Below, in pieces: positions 19,411 to 29,139 of a DNA stretch of 61,960 nt. The stretch comes from Myxococcota bacterium (lineage in GTDB: Bacteria > Myxococcota_A > UBA796 > SXON01). Location: contig JAZKFH010000051.1 of NCBI GenBank assembly GCA_040386535.1, positions 1 to 61,960 on the forward strand, in the 5' to 3' direction. The position numbers and the translations under genes are program-made. The notes below the pieces were generated by a model. That model worked only from the letters and a program-made list of their open reading frames with translations, had not been told where the DNA came from and searched no databases. How positions within the stretch are numbered: position 1 is the first letter of the stretch; the number at the start of each line of letters is the position of its first letter.

Positions 19411-19480
19411 CGGGTGCTCGTGGGCTCCGTCACGATCTAGGCATGGGTGTGCCGGTGCTCCCTACATCCTTGGTCACCGT

Positions 19481-20509
19481 TCACCCCGCCACCACCCCGA
19501 ACAGCTTCCCCGCGCCCCAGGTGGCCGCGCCCGCGGCGCCGCCGATGGCGAGCATGCGGAGCCCGCCCGACCAGGCGCTGCGCCCCGAGAACAACGACAA
19601 CACGGCGCCCACGGTGAAGAGGGCCGCCGCGGAGAGCCCGGCGGCGAGCGGCACGGCGAGGTCTCCGGCGCCGAGGAGCAGCGGCAGGAGGGGGAGGGTG
19701 GCGCCGACGGCGAACGCCAGGAACGAGGAGATCGCGGCCCGCCAGGGGGAGCCGAGCTCGTTCGGGTCGAGGCCGAGCTCTTCGCGCGCGAGGGTGTCGA
19801 GGGCACGCTCCGGGTCGCGCACGAGCAGCGTCGCGACGCGATGGGCCTCCTCCGCCGGCAGGCCGCGCGCCATGTAGATGAGGGCCAGCTCCTCGGCCTC
19901 GGCCTCGGGGTAGCGCCCGAGCTCGTCGCGCTCCTCGGCGATCTGCCGCTCGAACAGCTCGCGCTGGCTCGCCACCGACACCCACTCGCCCGCCGCCATC
20001 GAGAAGGCGCCCGCGAGCAGCCCGGCGAAGCCCGAGAGGAGCACGGTCTCGGGGCTCGCCGACGCCCCGGCGACGCCGAGGACGAGGCTGGTGTTGGAGA
20101 CGAGCCCGTCGTTGATCCCGAACACCGCGGCGCGGAGCGCCCCGCCCCTCCCGCCGCCGTGACGCCGGCCGACATCCTCGACACGCGTGGGGAGCGCGTG
20201 CCCGGGCGGGAGGGGCGTCCACGCGGAGAGGCCGCGGATCTTGAGCGCGGGGAGCACCGCGCGCAGGCGACGCGGCCCGAAGGCGCGGGCGAGCGCGGCC
20301 ACGAAGCGCACCCGGAGCGACGGGACGAGCGGGGAGACCACGCCTCCGGCGGCGCGGACGTCGGCCGCGATCAGCGCGGCCTGGGCCTCGGAGGCGCCCT
20401 GGAGCGCGAGGAAGAGGGCCCGCAGGCGCGGATCGGGCTCGGCGCCCGCGAGGGCCCCGTAGAGCCAGGCGGACTGGGCCTCGTCGCGCCACCGCTCGCG
20501 GTCGTCCAT
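19481..20509 (-). CDS. VIT1/CCC1 family transporter with N-terminal rubrerythrin-like helical domain
   Basis: LRAAVFGINDGLVSN, GAFSMAAGEWVSV, REELGLDP. Alternative GTG start at 20551 overlaps the upstream stop. Confidence 0.9.
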   Translation of the reverse strand: MDDRERWRDEAQSAWLYGALAGAEPDPRLRALFLALQGASEAQAALIAADVRAAGGVVSPLVPSLRVRFVAALARAFGPRRLRAVLPALKIRGLSAWTPLPPGHALPTRVEDVGRRHGGGRGGALRAAVFGINDGLVSNTSLVLGVAGASASPETVLLSGFAGLLAGAFSMAAGEWVSVASQRELFERQIAEERDELGRYPEAEAEELALIYMARGLPAEEAHRVATLLVRDPERALDTLAREELGLDPNELGSPWRAAISSFLAFAVGATLPLLPLLLGAGDLAVPLAAGLSAAALFTVGAVLSLFSGRSAWSGGLRMLAIGGAAGAATWGAGKLFGVVAG

Positions 20510-20547
20510 GCGCGCGCCGCCGCCTGGCCCGCTACCCCCGTGCTCGG

Positions 20548-21933
20548 TCACCGGCCCTCCGCCTCCGCCGCGATGTGGTTGAGCACGCGCAGGTGGATCT
20601 CGTGGATGAGGGTGTCGCTCCACGTGGTCCAGTAGAGCTGCGGCGCCATGTCCAGCGTGTACCAGGTGGTGCCCTGGAGGCGCGTGCCGCCGTCGGGGAG
20701 CGGGGTCAGGAGGAACTCGCCGCGGCGGCTCCGGAGCGTGTTCTGGAGGTGAGGCGCGTCGACCGCGCGCCACGGGTTCCACTCCGTCATCACCGGGGGC
20801 TGTCCGGTCACGTCGAACGCGAGGCGGTTGGGTGGGTCCCACGTCGTGATCGGCTCGACGAACGGGCCCGTGGAGAACTCGCAGTAGCGCACGGCCCCGA
20901 CGCCGGTGCCCTCGATGCGCGCGCGCACCGGGTAGGCCACGCCGTTGTCGAGCCACCAGCTCCCGGTGCCCTCCTCGGCGGTGGGCGCCGCGATCTCGGG
21001 GAAGGCGACGACCAGCTCCCACACGAGCTCGGGCGGGGCGGCTACGTCAACGGTGGTCACGACGGCGTGGACCGGGGGTTCGAGGGGCTCGACCGCGGCG
21101 AAGGCGGGCACGAGCGCGAAGGAGGACATCGCGATCCGCGCCTCGACGCGGGCGAGGGCCGCGCCGAGCAGTCCGCCGATGCCCGCGAGCACGAGGGCGA
21201 TGGGGGCGGCCATCGCGACGCAGAGCACGCCTTCGAGCGCGAACAGCAGGAGCAGGCCGCCGGTGATGGCGACGCTCAGGGAGGTGACCGCGAGCGTGGC
21301 GAGCACGTTCCCGACCACGTGCCCGGGGGGCCGGCGCACGTTGAACAGCCAGCTCGCCACGCCGCCCATCAGGACCGGCGCGCCCACGAAGAGCCCGGCG
21401 CCGTAGGAGCCCAGCGCGTACACACTGAGGCCCGTCATCGCGAGGCCCGCGGTGACGCCCGCCCCCACGCCCACCAGCGCGGCCCACGTGGCGCGGTCGA
21501 CGCCCTGGAGCGGCGCTTGGCGCACGGGGAGCAGCGCCGCGGACGCGGTTGTCGGGACGGGCGCGGCGCGGCTCGGGGCGAGCGCGAGGGCGGCGATGGC
21601 GACGTAGTTCACGAGCGGCACGTAGAACAGGAGCCCCACCGGCGCGGGGAGGCCCGCGTCCCGCGCGCGCCGCACGCTCATGGCGCCGCCGATCCAGGCG
21701 AACGGGAGCGTCCAGAGCAGCAGGCCCAGCATCACCCAATAGGACGGGGGCACCTCGCCGAAGCGCGTCTCCGCGAAGGGCGCGAGGTAGAGCAGCGGCG
21801 ACACCCAGTGGCCGGTGGCCGCGTAGAGGATGGCGGCGTCGACGAGGTACTTGAGGGTGCCGAGCGCGAGCCCGGTCACGAGGTAGGGGCGGCGGGCGAC
21901 CGGGTCGCGGACACCGAGCACGGCTGGGACCAT
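20548..21933 (-). CDS. Membrane protein, DUF805-like N-terminus plus SRPBCC/polyketide-cyclase-like C-terminal domain
   Basis: SVRRARDAG in a TM bundle; GVGAVRYCEFSTGPFVEPIT; IHLRVLNHI. Confidence 0.75.
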   Translation of the reverse strand: MVPAVLGVRDPVARRPYLVTGLALGTLKYLVDAAILYAATGHWVSPLLYLAPFAETRFGEVPPSYWVMLGLLLWTLPFAWIGGAMSVRRARDAGLPAPVGLLFYVPLVNYVAIAALALAPSRAAPVPTTASAALLPVRQAPLQGVDRATWAALVGVGAGVTAGLAMTGLSVYALGSYGAGLFVGAPVLMGGVASWLFNVRRPPGHVVGNVLATLAVTSLSVAITGGLLLLFALEGVLCVAMAAPIALVLAGIGGLLGAALARVEARIAMSSFALVPAFAAVEPLEPPVHAVVTTVDVAAPPELVWELVVAFPEIAAPTAEEGTGSWWLDNGVAYPVRARIEGTGVGAVRYCEFSTGPFVEPITTWDPPNRLAFDVTGQPPVMTEWNPWRAVDAPHLQNTLRSRRGEFLLTPLPDGGTRLQGTTWYTLDMAPQLYWTTWSDTLIHEIHLRVLNHIAAEAEGR

Positions 21934-21968
21934 GGGGGAGCCTCTCGGCGCCGAGGATACACGGGCTG

Positions 21969-22730
21969 CTACCGAGTGCCGGGCCGGGGCGGCGCGATCT
22001 CCCCCTCCTCCCACACCCCCGGGAACGCGCGGCGATCGGGGAACGCGTCCCGCAGCGCGTCGACCCCCACCTGCGGGCGCGCCTGTTGGATGAGCGGCGC
22101 GCGCCGCTCGCGCACCGCGTCGCTGTCGATGCCGAGCCGCTCGTCCCGCGCCGTCACCAGCGCCTCCGCGAGCTCGCGGTCGGCGTTGAACGACCACGCG
22201 AGGCGCGGATCACCCAGGGGGAGCGGCGCGCTGGCCGCGTCCCACGTGTGCCATGTCTTTCCGTACGTGTTCAGGAGCTGCGCCATCAGGGCCTGCTCCT
22301 GCGCGGCCGGCATCCCCGGCGCCACGAGCGCGCCCGAGAGAACCTCGTAGTTGTGCGGGTGCCAGTAGGGCTTCTCCGCGTTCGGCAGTCCCGCGAACGC
22401 CCCCTCCGGGATGATGTACTCGACCCCTACCAACCGTGCCCGCTTGGTGCTCTGGTCGTACAAGGCGCATTGGATGACATCCTGGTTGAGGATGTCACAA
22501 TAATGTTGGACCTCCATCACGTGGCTCGGATCCATCTTGTCGACGTGGAAGGCGTCGAGCCACGTGTTGATCTGCTCCACCGGGGTGAGCGCCTGCGCGG
22601 AGGCCTTCTCCGTCGCGTCCGCGGGGAGCGGGCCGCCGCCGGATTTGCCGACCGACGCGCACCCCGCCGATACCAAGCAGAGGGCGAGCCCGGCCGCGCG
22701 GCGGGGGGAGAGACGAGGGAAACAACGCAT
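21969..22730 (-). CDS. DUF1264 / OBAP-family lipoprotein
   Basis: SD GGAGGAG, lipobox SAGC, HYC..QCALYD..ARLVGVEYII, WHPHNYEV, YGKTWHTW. Confidence 0.85.
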   Translation of the reverse strand: MRCFPRLSPRRAAGLALCLVSAGCASVGKSGGGPLPADATEKASAQALTPVEQINTWLDAFHVDKMDPSHVMEVQHYCDILNQDVIQCALYDQSTKRARLVGVEYIIPEGAFAGLPNAEKPYWHPHNYEVLSGALVAPGMPAAQEQALMAQLLNTYGKTWHTWDAASAPLPLGDPRLAWSFNADRELAEALVTARDERLGIDSDAVRERRAPLIQQARPQVGVDALRDAFPDRRAFPGVWEEGEIAPPRPGTR

Positions 22731-22883
22731 GGGCTCCTCCAAGGGCTGTGGTCTTGGTAGGCGCCCGGTGTGTGGGAGGCAATCGACGCCGCGCCTCGGG
22801 TCGATGTGACAGAAACGGGCAGCGGGGGTGCGCACGTAGGCGGGGTGTCGACGGGCCGCGCCGGCCGGACACAGGAGCATGGG

Positions 22884-23072
22884 ATGCCCAAGGATCGTGA
22901 CCGTTCCAAGCCGACCGAGCAGACGCCCCAATCCAAGGGGGAGGGCGACATGACGGTCCGCGAGGCGGGCCGCATGGGCGGACACAAGGGAGGCCAGCGG
23001 GTCAAGGAGCTCATCGAAGAGGGCAAACGCGCGGAAGAAGGCGAAGGGGGCGGCAAGAAGGACGAGGATTAG
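22884..23072 (+). CDS. Small KGG-motif stress protein (GsiB/Em-like)
   Basis: SD AGGAG; MTVREAGRMGGHKGG; highly hydrophilic 62 aa. Confidence 0.8.
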   Translation: MPKDRDRSKPTEQTPQSKGEGDMTVREAGRMGGHKGGQRVKELIEEGKRAEEGEGGGKKDED

Positions 23073-23146
23073 CCGTCGGCTGTGCGGGTCGGCCGTCGCC
23101 TCCAGCGCCGGCTTGACCCCTGCCGGTCCGTGTCGAGAAAGGCCCG

Positions 23147-24874
23147 ATGAAGCTGTATCTGTTGCTCGTGGGGGCGCTCCCGGGGTGCCTCTACTCGTTG
23201 GCGCCGCCCCGCTCCGTGAGCCCGGAGGTGGAGCAGCGCATCCCCGCCCCGGAGGCCGTGTGGGTGCCGCCCGGGTACACCGTGTCCGTCGTCACGACCG
23301 GCCTCACATTTCCCGCCGGCGTCACGGTCGATTCGGACGGGCGTGTGTGGGTCGTGGAGGCGGGGTACGCGTACGGGGACGTGTGGGTCGAGCCGCGCCT
23401 CGTGCGCATCGCCGCGGACGGCACCGCCGACGTGGTCGCGACGGGAGAGGACGCCCCGTGGACCGGGGTGGACGCCGGCTTCGGCGACCTGTTCGTGGCA
23501 GAAGGCGGGCTGGTCGACGGCGGGAGCGTGCTCCGCATCACGCCGGAGGGAGAGGTGACGCCGCTGGTGTCGGGCCTCCCCGGGCACGGCGACCACCACA
23601 CCGACGGCCCGGTTGTCGGGCCCGACGGGTGGGTGTATTTCAGCCAGGGCACGGCCACGAACAGCGCGGTCGTGGGGATGGACAACTACCACTACGGCTG
23701 GCTGGGGCGCCGCCCCGGGTACCACGACACGCCGTGCGCCGACATCCGCGTGACCGGGCAGACCTTCACCACGCCCGACCCGCTCACCGAGGACCCGCGG
23801 GACAGGGCGGTGACCGGCGCCTTCTCGCCGTTCGGGACCCCCACCACGCCGGGGCAGACCATCCCGGGGGTGGTGCCGTGCACCGGCGCGGTCATGCGGG
23901 TGCGTCCCGACGGCGGCGACGTCGAGCTCGTCGCGTGGGGCTTCCGCAATCCGTTCGGCCTCGCCTTCTCCACCGACGGGACCCTGTTCGTGACGGACAA
24001 CGGCTACGACGAGCGGGGCTCGCGGCCGATCTGGGGCTCGGGCGATTGGTTGTGGTCGGTGCGGCCCGACACCGGCGGGGCGGCGACCTGGTACGGATGG
24101 CCGGACTACGCCGGGGGGATGCCGGTCGACACGCGCCGGTTCGACGGCCCCTTCCAGCGGCGCCCGAAGCGCGTGCTCGAGGCGGACCCGAACCCGCCCC
24201 CGGCGCCCGTGGCGACCTTCGGGGTGCACGCCTCGGCGAACGGGGTGGATCTGGCGCCCGAGGGCTTCGGGTTCGTGGGCGAGGCCTTCGTGGCGGAGTT
24301 CGGGGACATGGCGCCCGTGGTGGGCAAGGTGATGGCGCCGGTGGGCCGGCGCGTCGTGCGGGTGGACCCGACCACCGGCGTGCTGACCCCCTTCGGCGTG
24401 ACACGCGAGGGCGCGGCATCGGGCGCGGGGCTCGAGCGACCGGTCGACGTGGCGTTCGCGCCGGACGGGGAGAGTCTGTACGTCGTCGACTTCGGGGTCA
24501 TGGCGATCGTCGGCGGGGTGCCGGTACCCCGGCCGGCCACGGGCGTGCTCTGGCGCATCGCGCGGTCGGGGGGCCCGCCACCGCCCTCCGCCGTCAAGCC
24601 GCGGAACGAGCAGGAGGCCCGTGGCCAGCAGGTCTACGCCCAGCACTGCTATTCCTGCCATCCCGACGGGAAGGCGGGGTTCGCGCCCTCGGTGGTCGTA
24701 CCGCCGCGGTGCCTCGTCCCGATCCAGGTGCGGCTCGGCCTCGGCGCGATGCCCGCGTTCGGACGGGATGTCCTGCCGCGGTCGGACCTGCGCGCGCTCC
24801 GCGCCTGGGTGGCCCGGCTGGACGAGGGCGCGACCGGCGCCGCGGAGGATGTCGAGAACGGTTCCGAAAAGTAG
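23147..24874 (+). CDS. Glucose/sorbosone dehydrogenase-like beta-propeller lipoprotein fused to cytochrome c
   Basis: Lipoprotein Cys (LPGC), GDHHT, GFRNPFGLAF, WYGWPD, C-terminal heme motif CYSCH with distal MPAF. Confidence 0.85.
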   Translation: MKLYLLLVGALPGCLYSLAPPRSVSPEVEQRIPAPEAVWVPPGYTVSVVTTGLTFPAGVTVDSDGRVWVVEAGYAYGDVWVEPRLVRIAADGTADVVATGEDAPWTGVDAGFGDLFVAEGGLVDGGSVLRITPEGEVTPLVSGLPGHGDHHTDGPVVGPDGWVYFSQGTATNSAVVGMDNYHYGWLGRRPGYHDTPCADIRVTGQTFTTPDPLTEDPRDRAVTGAFSPFGTPTTPGQTIPGVVPCTGAVMRVRPDGGDVELVAWGFRNPFGLAFSTDGTLFVTDNGYDERGSRPIWGSGDWLWSVRPDTGGAATWYGWPDYAGGMPVDTRRFDGPFQRRPKRVLEADPNPPPAPVATFGVHASANGVDLAPEGFGFVGEAFVAEFGDMAPVVGKVMAPVGRRVVRVDPTTGVLTPFGVTREGAASGAGLERPVDVAFAPDGESLYVVDFGVMAIVGGVPVPRPATGVLWRIARSGGPPPPSAVKPRNEQEARGQQVYAQHCYSCHPDGKAGFAPSVVVPPRCLVPIQVRLGLGAMPAFGRDVLPRSDLRALRAWVARLDEGATGAAEDVENGSEK

Positions 24875-24959
24875 TGGTTGAAAGAGGATTGATGGAGAAT
24901 ACATCCGATCACCGGCCTCGACCCCCCGATGCCGCCCCCCGCCCCCCCGGAGGTGCCTT

Positions 24960-25613
24960 GTGACCGTCCTCACCACGCTCGTCTCGTTGCTTCGGCCCCG
25001 TGTCGACCCCGCCACCCACGACTGGCTACGCGCCACCATCGAGGAGACCACCCCCCCTCTCGACCCACGGACGTTCCGGAACGCGTGGGCGCGGGTGGGG
25101 CGCCGCCTCGGTTCGCAGCCGATCACGCCCACGGCAGAGGAGACGGCGCAGCTCCAGCTCGTCGGCATGTGGCCCTTCGCGGGGTGGGGCGCCGACGAGT
25201 GTGGCCGCGCCGCCTTGCTCATCCAGGCGATGACCGTCACCGAGCCCGAGGCCCACGGCCCCCTGCTCGACTCGTTGTACCTCCGAGGGACCATCCGCGA
25301 ACGCCAGGCGCTGCTCCGGGCGCTCGCGTATCTCCCCGATCCGGACCGCCACGTAGAGGTCGCCGTGCAGGCCTGCCGCACCCACGTGGTCTCGGTCTTC
25401 GAGGCGCTCGCGTTGAACAACCCCTACCCGGCGCGCCACCTGTCCCGGCCGCACTTCGACCAGATGGTGCTCAAGGCGATCACCCTCAAGATGCGGCCCG
25501 AGCGCATCATCGGGCTGCCCGAGCGGATGTCGCCCGAACTCACCCGTCCGCGGAGCGTGGAGGGGCCGCGGTGGGGGCCGGAAGTGTCGCGAGTAGCGTT
25601 ACAGGCCCCGTAG
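24960..25613 (+). CDS. eboA: EboA domain protein (orphan, C-terminus possibly truncated)
   Basis: SD GGAGG; GWGADECGRAALL, ERQALLRAL, ACRTH..FEALALNNPYPA, FDQMVLKAI. Confidence 0.8.
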   Translation: MTVLTTLVSLLRPRVDPATHDWLRATIEETTPPLDPRTFRNAWARVGRRLGSQPITPTAEETAQLQLVGMWPFAGWGADECGRAALLIQAMTVTEPEAHGPLLDSLYLRGTIRERQALLRALAYLPDPDRHVEVAVQACRTHVVSVFEALALNNPYPARHLSRPHFDQMVLKAITLKMRPERIIGLPERMSPELTRPRSVEGPRWGPEVSRVALQAP

Positions 25614-25662
25614 CGGCTCGGGACGCAGAGGAGGCTAAGCTTCGCGCCACCCGAGGCTCCCG

Positions 25663-26265
25663 ATGCTCTTCCTCCTCCTCGCCGCCGCCTGCACGTCCAA
25701 CGAGGATCCCAAGGACAGCGGAGTGTCCGACACCGACACGGACACCGACGCGGACACGGACACCGACACCGATACGGACACGGACACGGACACCGACACG
25801 GACACCGGGCCCGCGGCCACCGACGCCATCGGCGACTGCCTGCCGGCCGAGGAGCTCGCGGCCGCCACCCCGGTCACGCTCACGACGCTGCACGAGGGCG
25901 ATCTGCCCGGCTCCAGCGACGTGTGGACCACCACGCCCGCGGTGTCGGTCGTCACGGACGCCGAGGGCTGGACCACGTTCCGGACCGAGACCGGGCTGGC
26001 GCTCCCCGACGTCGACTTCACGACCAACAAGGTGGCCGTCGTGACCGGGTTTCGGCTGGCGACCTGCGGCTTCTCGTTCGTCGGGGCGTCCGGGTGGGCC
26101 ATGCCGGATGGCGCGACCACCTACGTCGAGGCGAACTTCCGCGCGGACGGGAGCGCCCCGTGCGAGGCGGTGTGCGAAGCGGAGGGGTCGCGGCTGGTGG
26201 TGCTCCAGGTGCCCACGACCGGCGGCGCGATCGCGTGCCGGCGGACCGAGACCTGGTGCGAGTGA
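25663..26265 (+). CDS. Lipoprotein with Asp-Thr linker
   Basis: MLFLLLAAAC signal, (DT)n run, Cys-containing globular C-terminus. Confidence 0.75.
   Translation: MLFLLLAAACTSNEDPKDSGVSDTDTDTDADTDTDTDTDTDTDTDTDTGPAATDAIGDCLPAEELAAATPVTLTTLHEGDLPGSSDVWTTTPAVSVVTDAEGWTTFRTETGLALPDVDFTTNKVAVVTGFRLATCGFSFVGASGWAMPDGATTYVEANFRADGSAPCEAVCEAEGSRLVVLQVPTTGGAIACRRTETWCE
25729..25806 (+). repeat. GACACN hexamer tandem repeat encoding (Asp-Thr)n
   Basis: About 13 GACAC(C/G)-type units in frame. Confidence 0.85.
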
Positions 26266-26283
26266 CCTGACGGGGGCGGGATC

Positions 26284-26580
26284 CTAGGGCTCGTCGGGAT
26301 CGGAGAGCGACGCCGCCGCCTTCGACGGGTCGGTGCCGTGGCACGAGACGCCCTCGTCCTGCGTGCAGTCCTCGAGGCAGACATCGCCGGAGCACTCGCA
26401 GGTGGGGAGGCCATCACAGGCGGCCGGGGCCTCGACGCAGCCGTGCCCGGCGTCCGGCGGCGCGTCCTCCGGCAGGTCCCAGTGGAGGCAGATCTCGTCG
26501 GCATTGCAGATGACCTTGCCGCACGAGAAGGTGGGGGCGCGCAGATCGAGGGGGGCACAGGCGAGGAGGAAGAGCAGCAT
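26284..26580 (-). CDS. Small Cys-rich lipoprotein (98 aa)
   Basis: SD GGGAGG, MLLFLLAC, ten further Cys (C..C..EIC..GC..AC..PTCEC..C..C..C). Confidence 0.7.
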   Translation of the reverse strand: MLLFLLACAPLDLRAPTFSCGKVICNADEICLHWDLPEDAPPDAGHGCVEAPAACDGLPTCECSGDVCLEDCTQDEGVSCHGTDPSKAAASLSDPDEP

Positions 26581-26713
26581 GTGCCTCCCAACGTGGATGC
26601 GAATGGCGCGGAGCGCAAGGGGGAACGTCGGCCTCGTCCGTACCCATTGACGCGTCGAGAGCCGCGTGTGAGGCTGGCCGTCAACGGTCGGTACCCTGCC
26701 CGCTCCAGGCCTC

Positions 26714-27490
26714 ATGCCCAACGCCCTCCCCGCCATCCACGCCAAGGTGTTGCCGGGCCCGGCCGGGTCGACACGCGCGCTCGTCTTCCTGCACGGCTGG
26801 GGGCAGACCCACACGTCGATGCTCCCGATGGCGGAGCTGCTCGGCGCCGTCGGCACCCGCTACCTGCTCGATTTCCCGGGCTACGGCGCGTCCGAGGCCC
26901 CGCCCATCGACTGGGACACGTTCGCGTACGCAAAACGCATCCTCGCGTGGCTGGACGAGCAGGGCATCGAGAAGGCTGATCTCGTGGGCCACTCGTTCGG
27001 CGGCCGCGTGAGCGTGCAGATGGGCGCGCACTTTCCCGAGCGGGTGCGCTCCATCGTGCTCATCGGATCCGCGGGCCTGCGTCCGCACCGCACCTTCCGC
27101 CAACGCGCCCGCGTCACGTTCTCCCGCTGGCTCGGCAAGCTCGCCCGCATGCTGCCCGCCGGCCTGCGTGATCCGCTGCTGCGCTGGCGTGAGGGCAAGT
27201 TCGGCTCGTCCGATTTCCGCGCGGCAAAGGAGCCGCTCCGCTCGATCCTCTCCCGCGTCGTGGCCGAGGATCTGCGCGAGCAGGCCCGGCAGGTGCGCGC
27301 GCCGACGTTTCTCTTGTGGGGCCGGGACGACGACCAGACCCCCGTGGACATGGCGGAGCGCTACAAGGCGCTCATCGCCGGCTCCGAGCTCGTGATCCTC
27401 GAGGGCCAGGGGCACTTCCCCTTCCTCGGCGGCGGCGCCCACCAGTGCGCTGCCCAGCTCAAGCGCTTCTACACCACGGCGGCGGCGTGA
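26714..27490 (+). CDS. Alpha/beta fold hydrolase
   Basis: FLHGWG, nucleophile elbow GHSFGG, WGRDD, GHFPF. Confidence 0.9.
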   Translation: MPNALPAIHAKVLPGPAGSTRALVFLHGWGQTHTSMLPMAELLGAVGTRYLLDFPGYGASEAPPIDWDTFAYAKRILAWLDEQGIEKADLVGHSFGGRVSVQMGAHFPERVRSIVLIGSAGLRPHRTFRQRARVTFSRWLGKLARMLPAGLRDPLLRWREGKFGSSDFRAAKEPLRSILSRVVAEDLREQARQVRAPTFLLWGRDDDQTPVDMAERYKALIAGSELVILEGQGHFPFLGGGAHQCAAQLKRFYTTAAA

Positions 27491-29121
27491 ACCCCACCGT
27501 GCTCGTCGTTCTCCACGTCGCCCTCGCGCTCGTTGGCGCGGGCGCATTTGCATGGCGCCGCACGATCCACCTGATGCGGTACTTCCAGCAGGAGGAGTAC
27601 GACAGCAAGCGGTTCTGGGCGTGGGTGCGCGACAACCGCGCGATCGACCGTCGTGGCACGGCCGTGGCCCTGCCCATCTCGTTGGTGATGGTCGCGACGC
27701 ACATGTACTGGTTCGCGGTCCTGGGCGAGGCCATCGGCGGCGCGGTGGGCCTGCTGATCATGGCGCGTGGCGAGGTCGATCCGCGCCTGACCGGCAAGAA
27801 GAAGCTGGTGATGACGCAGCGCGCGACGCGCATCCATCGCCTCGCGATGGCGCTCTTCGCCGTGTTCAGCGTGCCGTTCGTGATCCTGCTTCTCGTGGCC
27901 GGCGGCGCCTTCGGCCCGGCGCTCGCGTGGGGTTGGCTGGGGGTGCTCTGCCAGATCACCCCGTTCTTCCTGATGTTGGCCGAGCGCCTCCTCGCCCCCG
28001 GCGAGAAGCGCATCCAGGACGGGTTCCAGGCCGAGGCGAAGAAGATCCTGGCCGACGTGAACCCCACGGTCATCGGGATCACCGGAAGCTACGGCAAGAC
28101 CTCGACCAAGATGATCCTCGGCGAGCTGCTCTCGGCGGACGCGCCCACGTTCTGGACCGCCAAGAGCATCAACACGCCGATGGGCGTGACCCGCGAGATT
28201 CGCGAGAAGATGAAGCCGCACCACACCTGGGCGGTGATGGAGATGGGCGCCTACAACATCGGCAGCGTCAAGCGTTTGTGTGACTTCACGCCGCCGAAGG
28301 CCGCGATCGTCACGGCGGTCGGCATCATGCACCTCGAGCGCTTCGGGAGCCCCGACAACGTGTACCGGGCCAAGAGCGAGCTCGCCCAGGCCGTGCCCGC
28401 CGACGGCATCCTCGTGTGCAACGGCGACGATCCGGGCGCGCGGCGGATGTCGGTCGAGTTCGCGAAGAAGACGACGCTGCTCTATGGGTTCGACGGGGAC
28501 GACGTCGCCACCAAGATGACCGACGTGGAGACCACCCCCGAGGGCAGCCGCTTCACGCTCCATTGGCAGGGCAAGGCGTACCCCGGCACCACGCCGCTCC
28601 ACGGCCGGCCGATGCTCTCCAACCTGATGGCCGCGTTCACGATGGCCGCCGCCCAGGGTGTGCACCCCGACGTGCTCCTCGCGGTGATCCGCACGCTCAA
28701 GCCCGTCGAGAACCGGCTCCAGGTGCAGGTCAACGGCGCGGTCACCTGGCTGCACGACGCGTACAACTCCAACCCGGCGGGCTTCACCGCTGCGCTCGAC
28801 GTGCTCGCGACGATGCCCGGCCGCCGCCGCATCCTCGTCACGCCCGGCATGGTAGAGCTCGGCGATCAGCAGGCCGACCGCAACCGTGAGGTGGCCGTCA
28901 AGGCCGCCGCCGTGTGTGATCTCGTGCTGCTCGTGGGCGAGACGAATCGTGTTGCGCTCGCGACGGGGCTGCGTGAGGGTGGCGCCAAGGACGACGCCGT
29001 GCGCTGGTTCGCCAACCGCGACGACGCATTCGCGGCGCTGCAGAAGGAGCAGGCCGCCGGGGATGTCGTGTTGATCGAGAACGATCTGCCCGATCTGTAC
29101 GAAGGTGTCGTGGTGCTCTGA
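27487..29121 (+). CDS. murF: MurF-family Mur ligase with N-terminal membrane domain
   Basis: GTGA overlap; ~4 TM segments with QQEEY; P-loop GITGSYGKTSTK, EMGAY, HLERF, DAYNSNP, TPGMVELG, ENDLPD. Confidence 0.85.
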   Translation: MNPTVLVVLHVALALVGAGAFAWRRTIHLMRYFQQEEYDSKRFWAWVRDNRAIDRRGTAVALPISLVMVATHMYWFAVLGEAIGGAVGLLIMARGEVDPRLTGKKKLVMTQRATRIHRLAMALFAVFSVPFVILLLVAGGAFGPALAWGWLGVLCQITPFFLMLAERLLAPGEKRIQDGFQAEAKKILADVNPTVIGITGSYGKTSTKMILGELLSADAPTFWTAKSINTPMGVTREIREKMKPHHTWAVMEMGAYNIGSVKRLCDFTPPKAAIVTAVGIMHLERFGSPDNVYRAKSELAQAVPADGILVCNGDDPGARRMSVEFAKKTTLLYGFDGDDVATKMTDVETTPEGSRFTLHWQGKAYPGTTPLHGRPMLSNLMAAFTMAAAQGVHPDVLLAVIRTLKPVENRLQVQVNGAVTWLHDAYNSNPAGFTAALDVLATMPGRRRILVTPGMVELGDQQADRNREVAVKAAAVCDLVLLVGETNRVALATGLREGGAKDDAVRWFANRDDAFAALQKEQAAGDVVLIENDLPDLYEGVVVL

Positions 29122-29139
29122 CCGGATAGGAGCCGCGCC

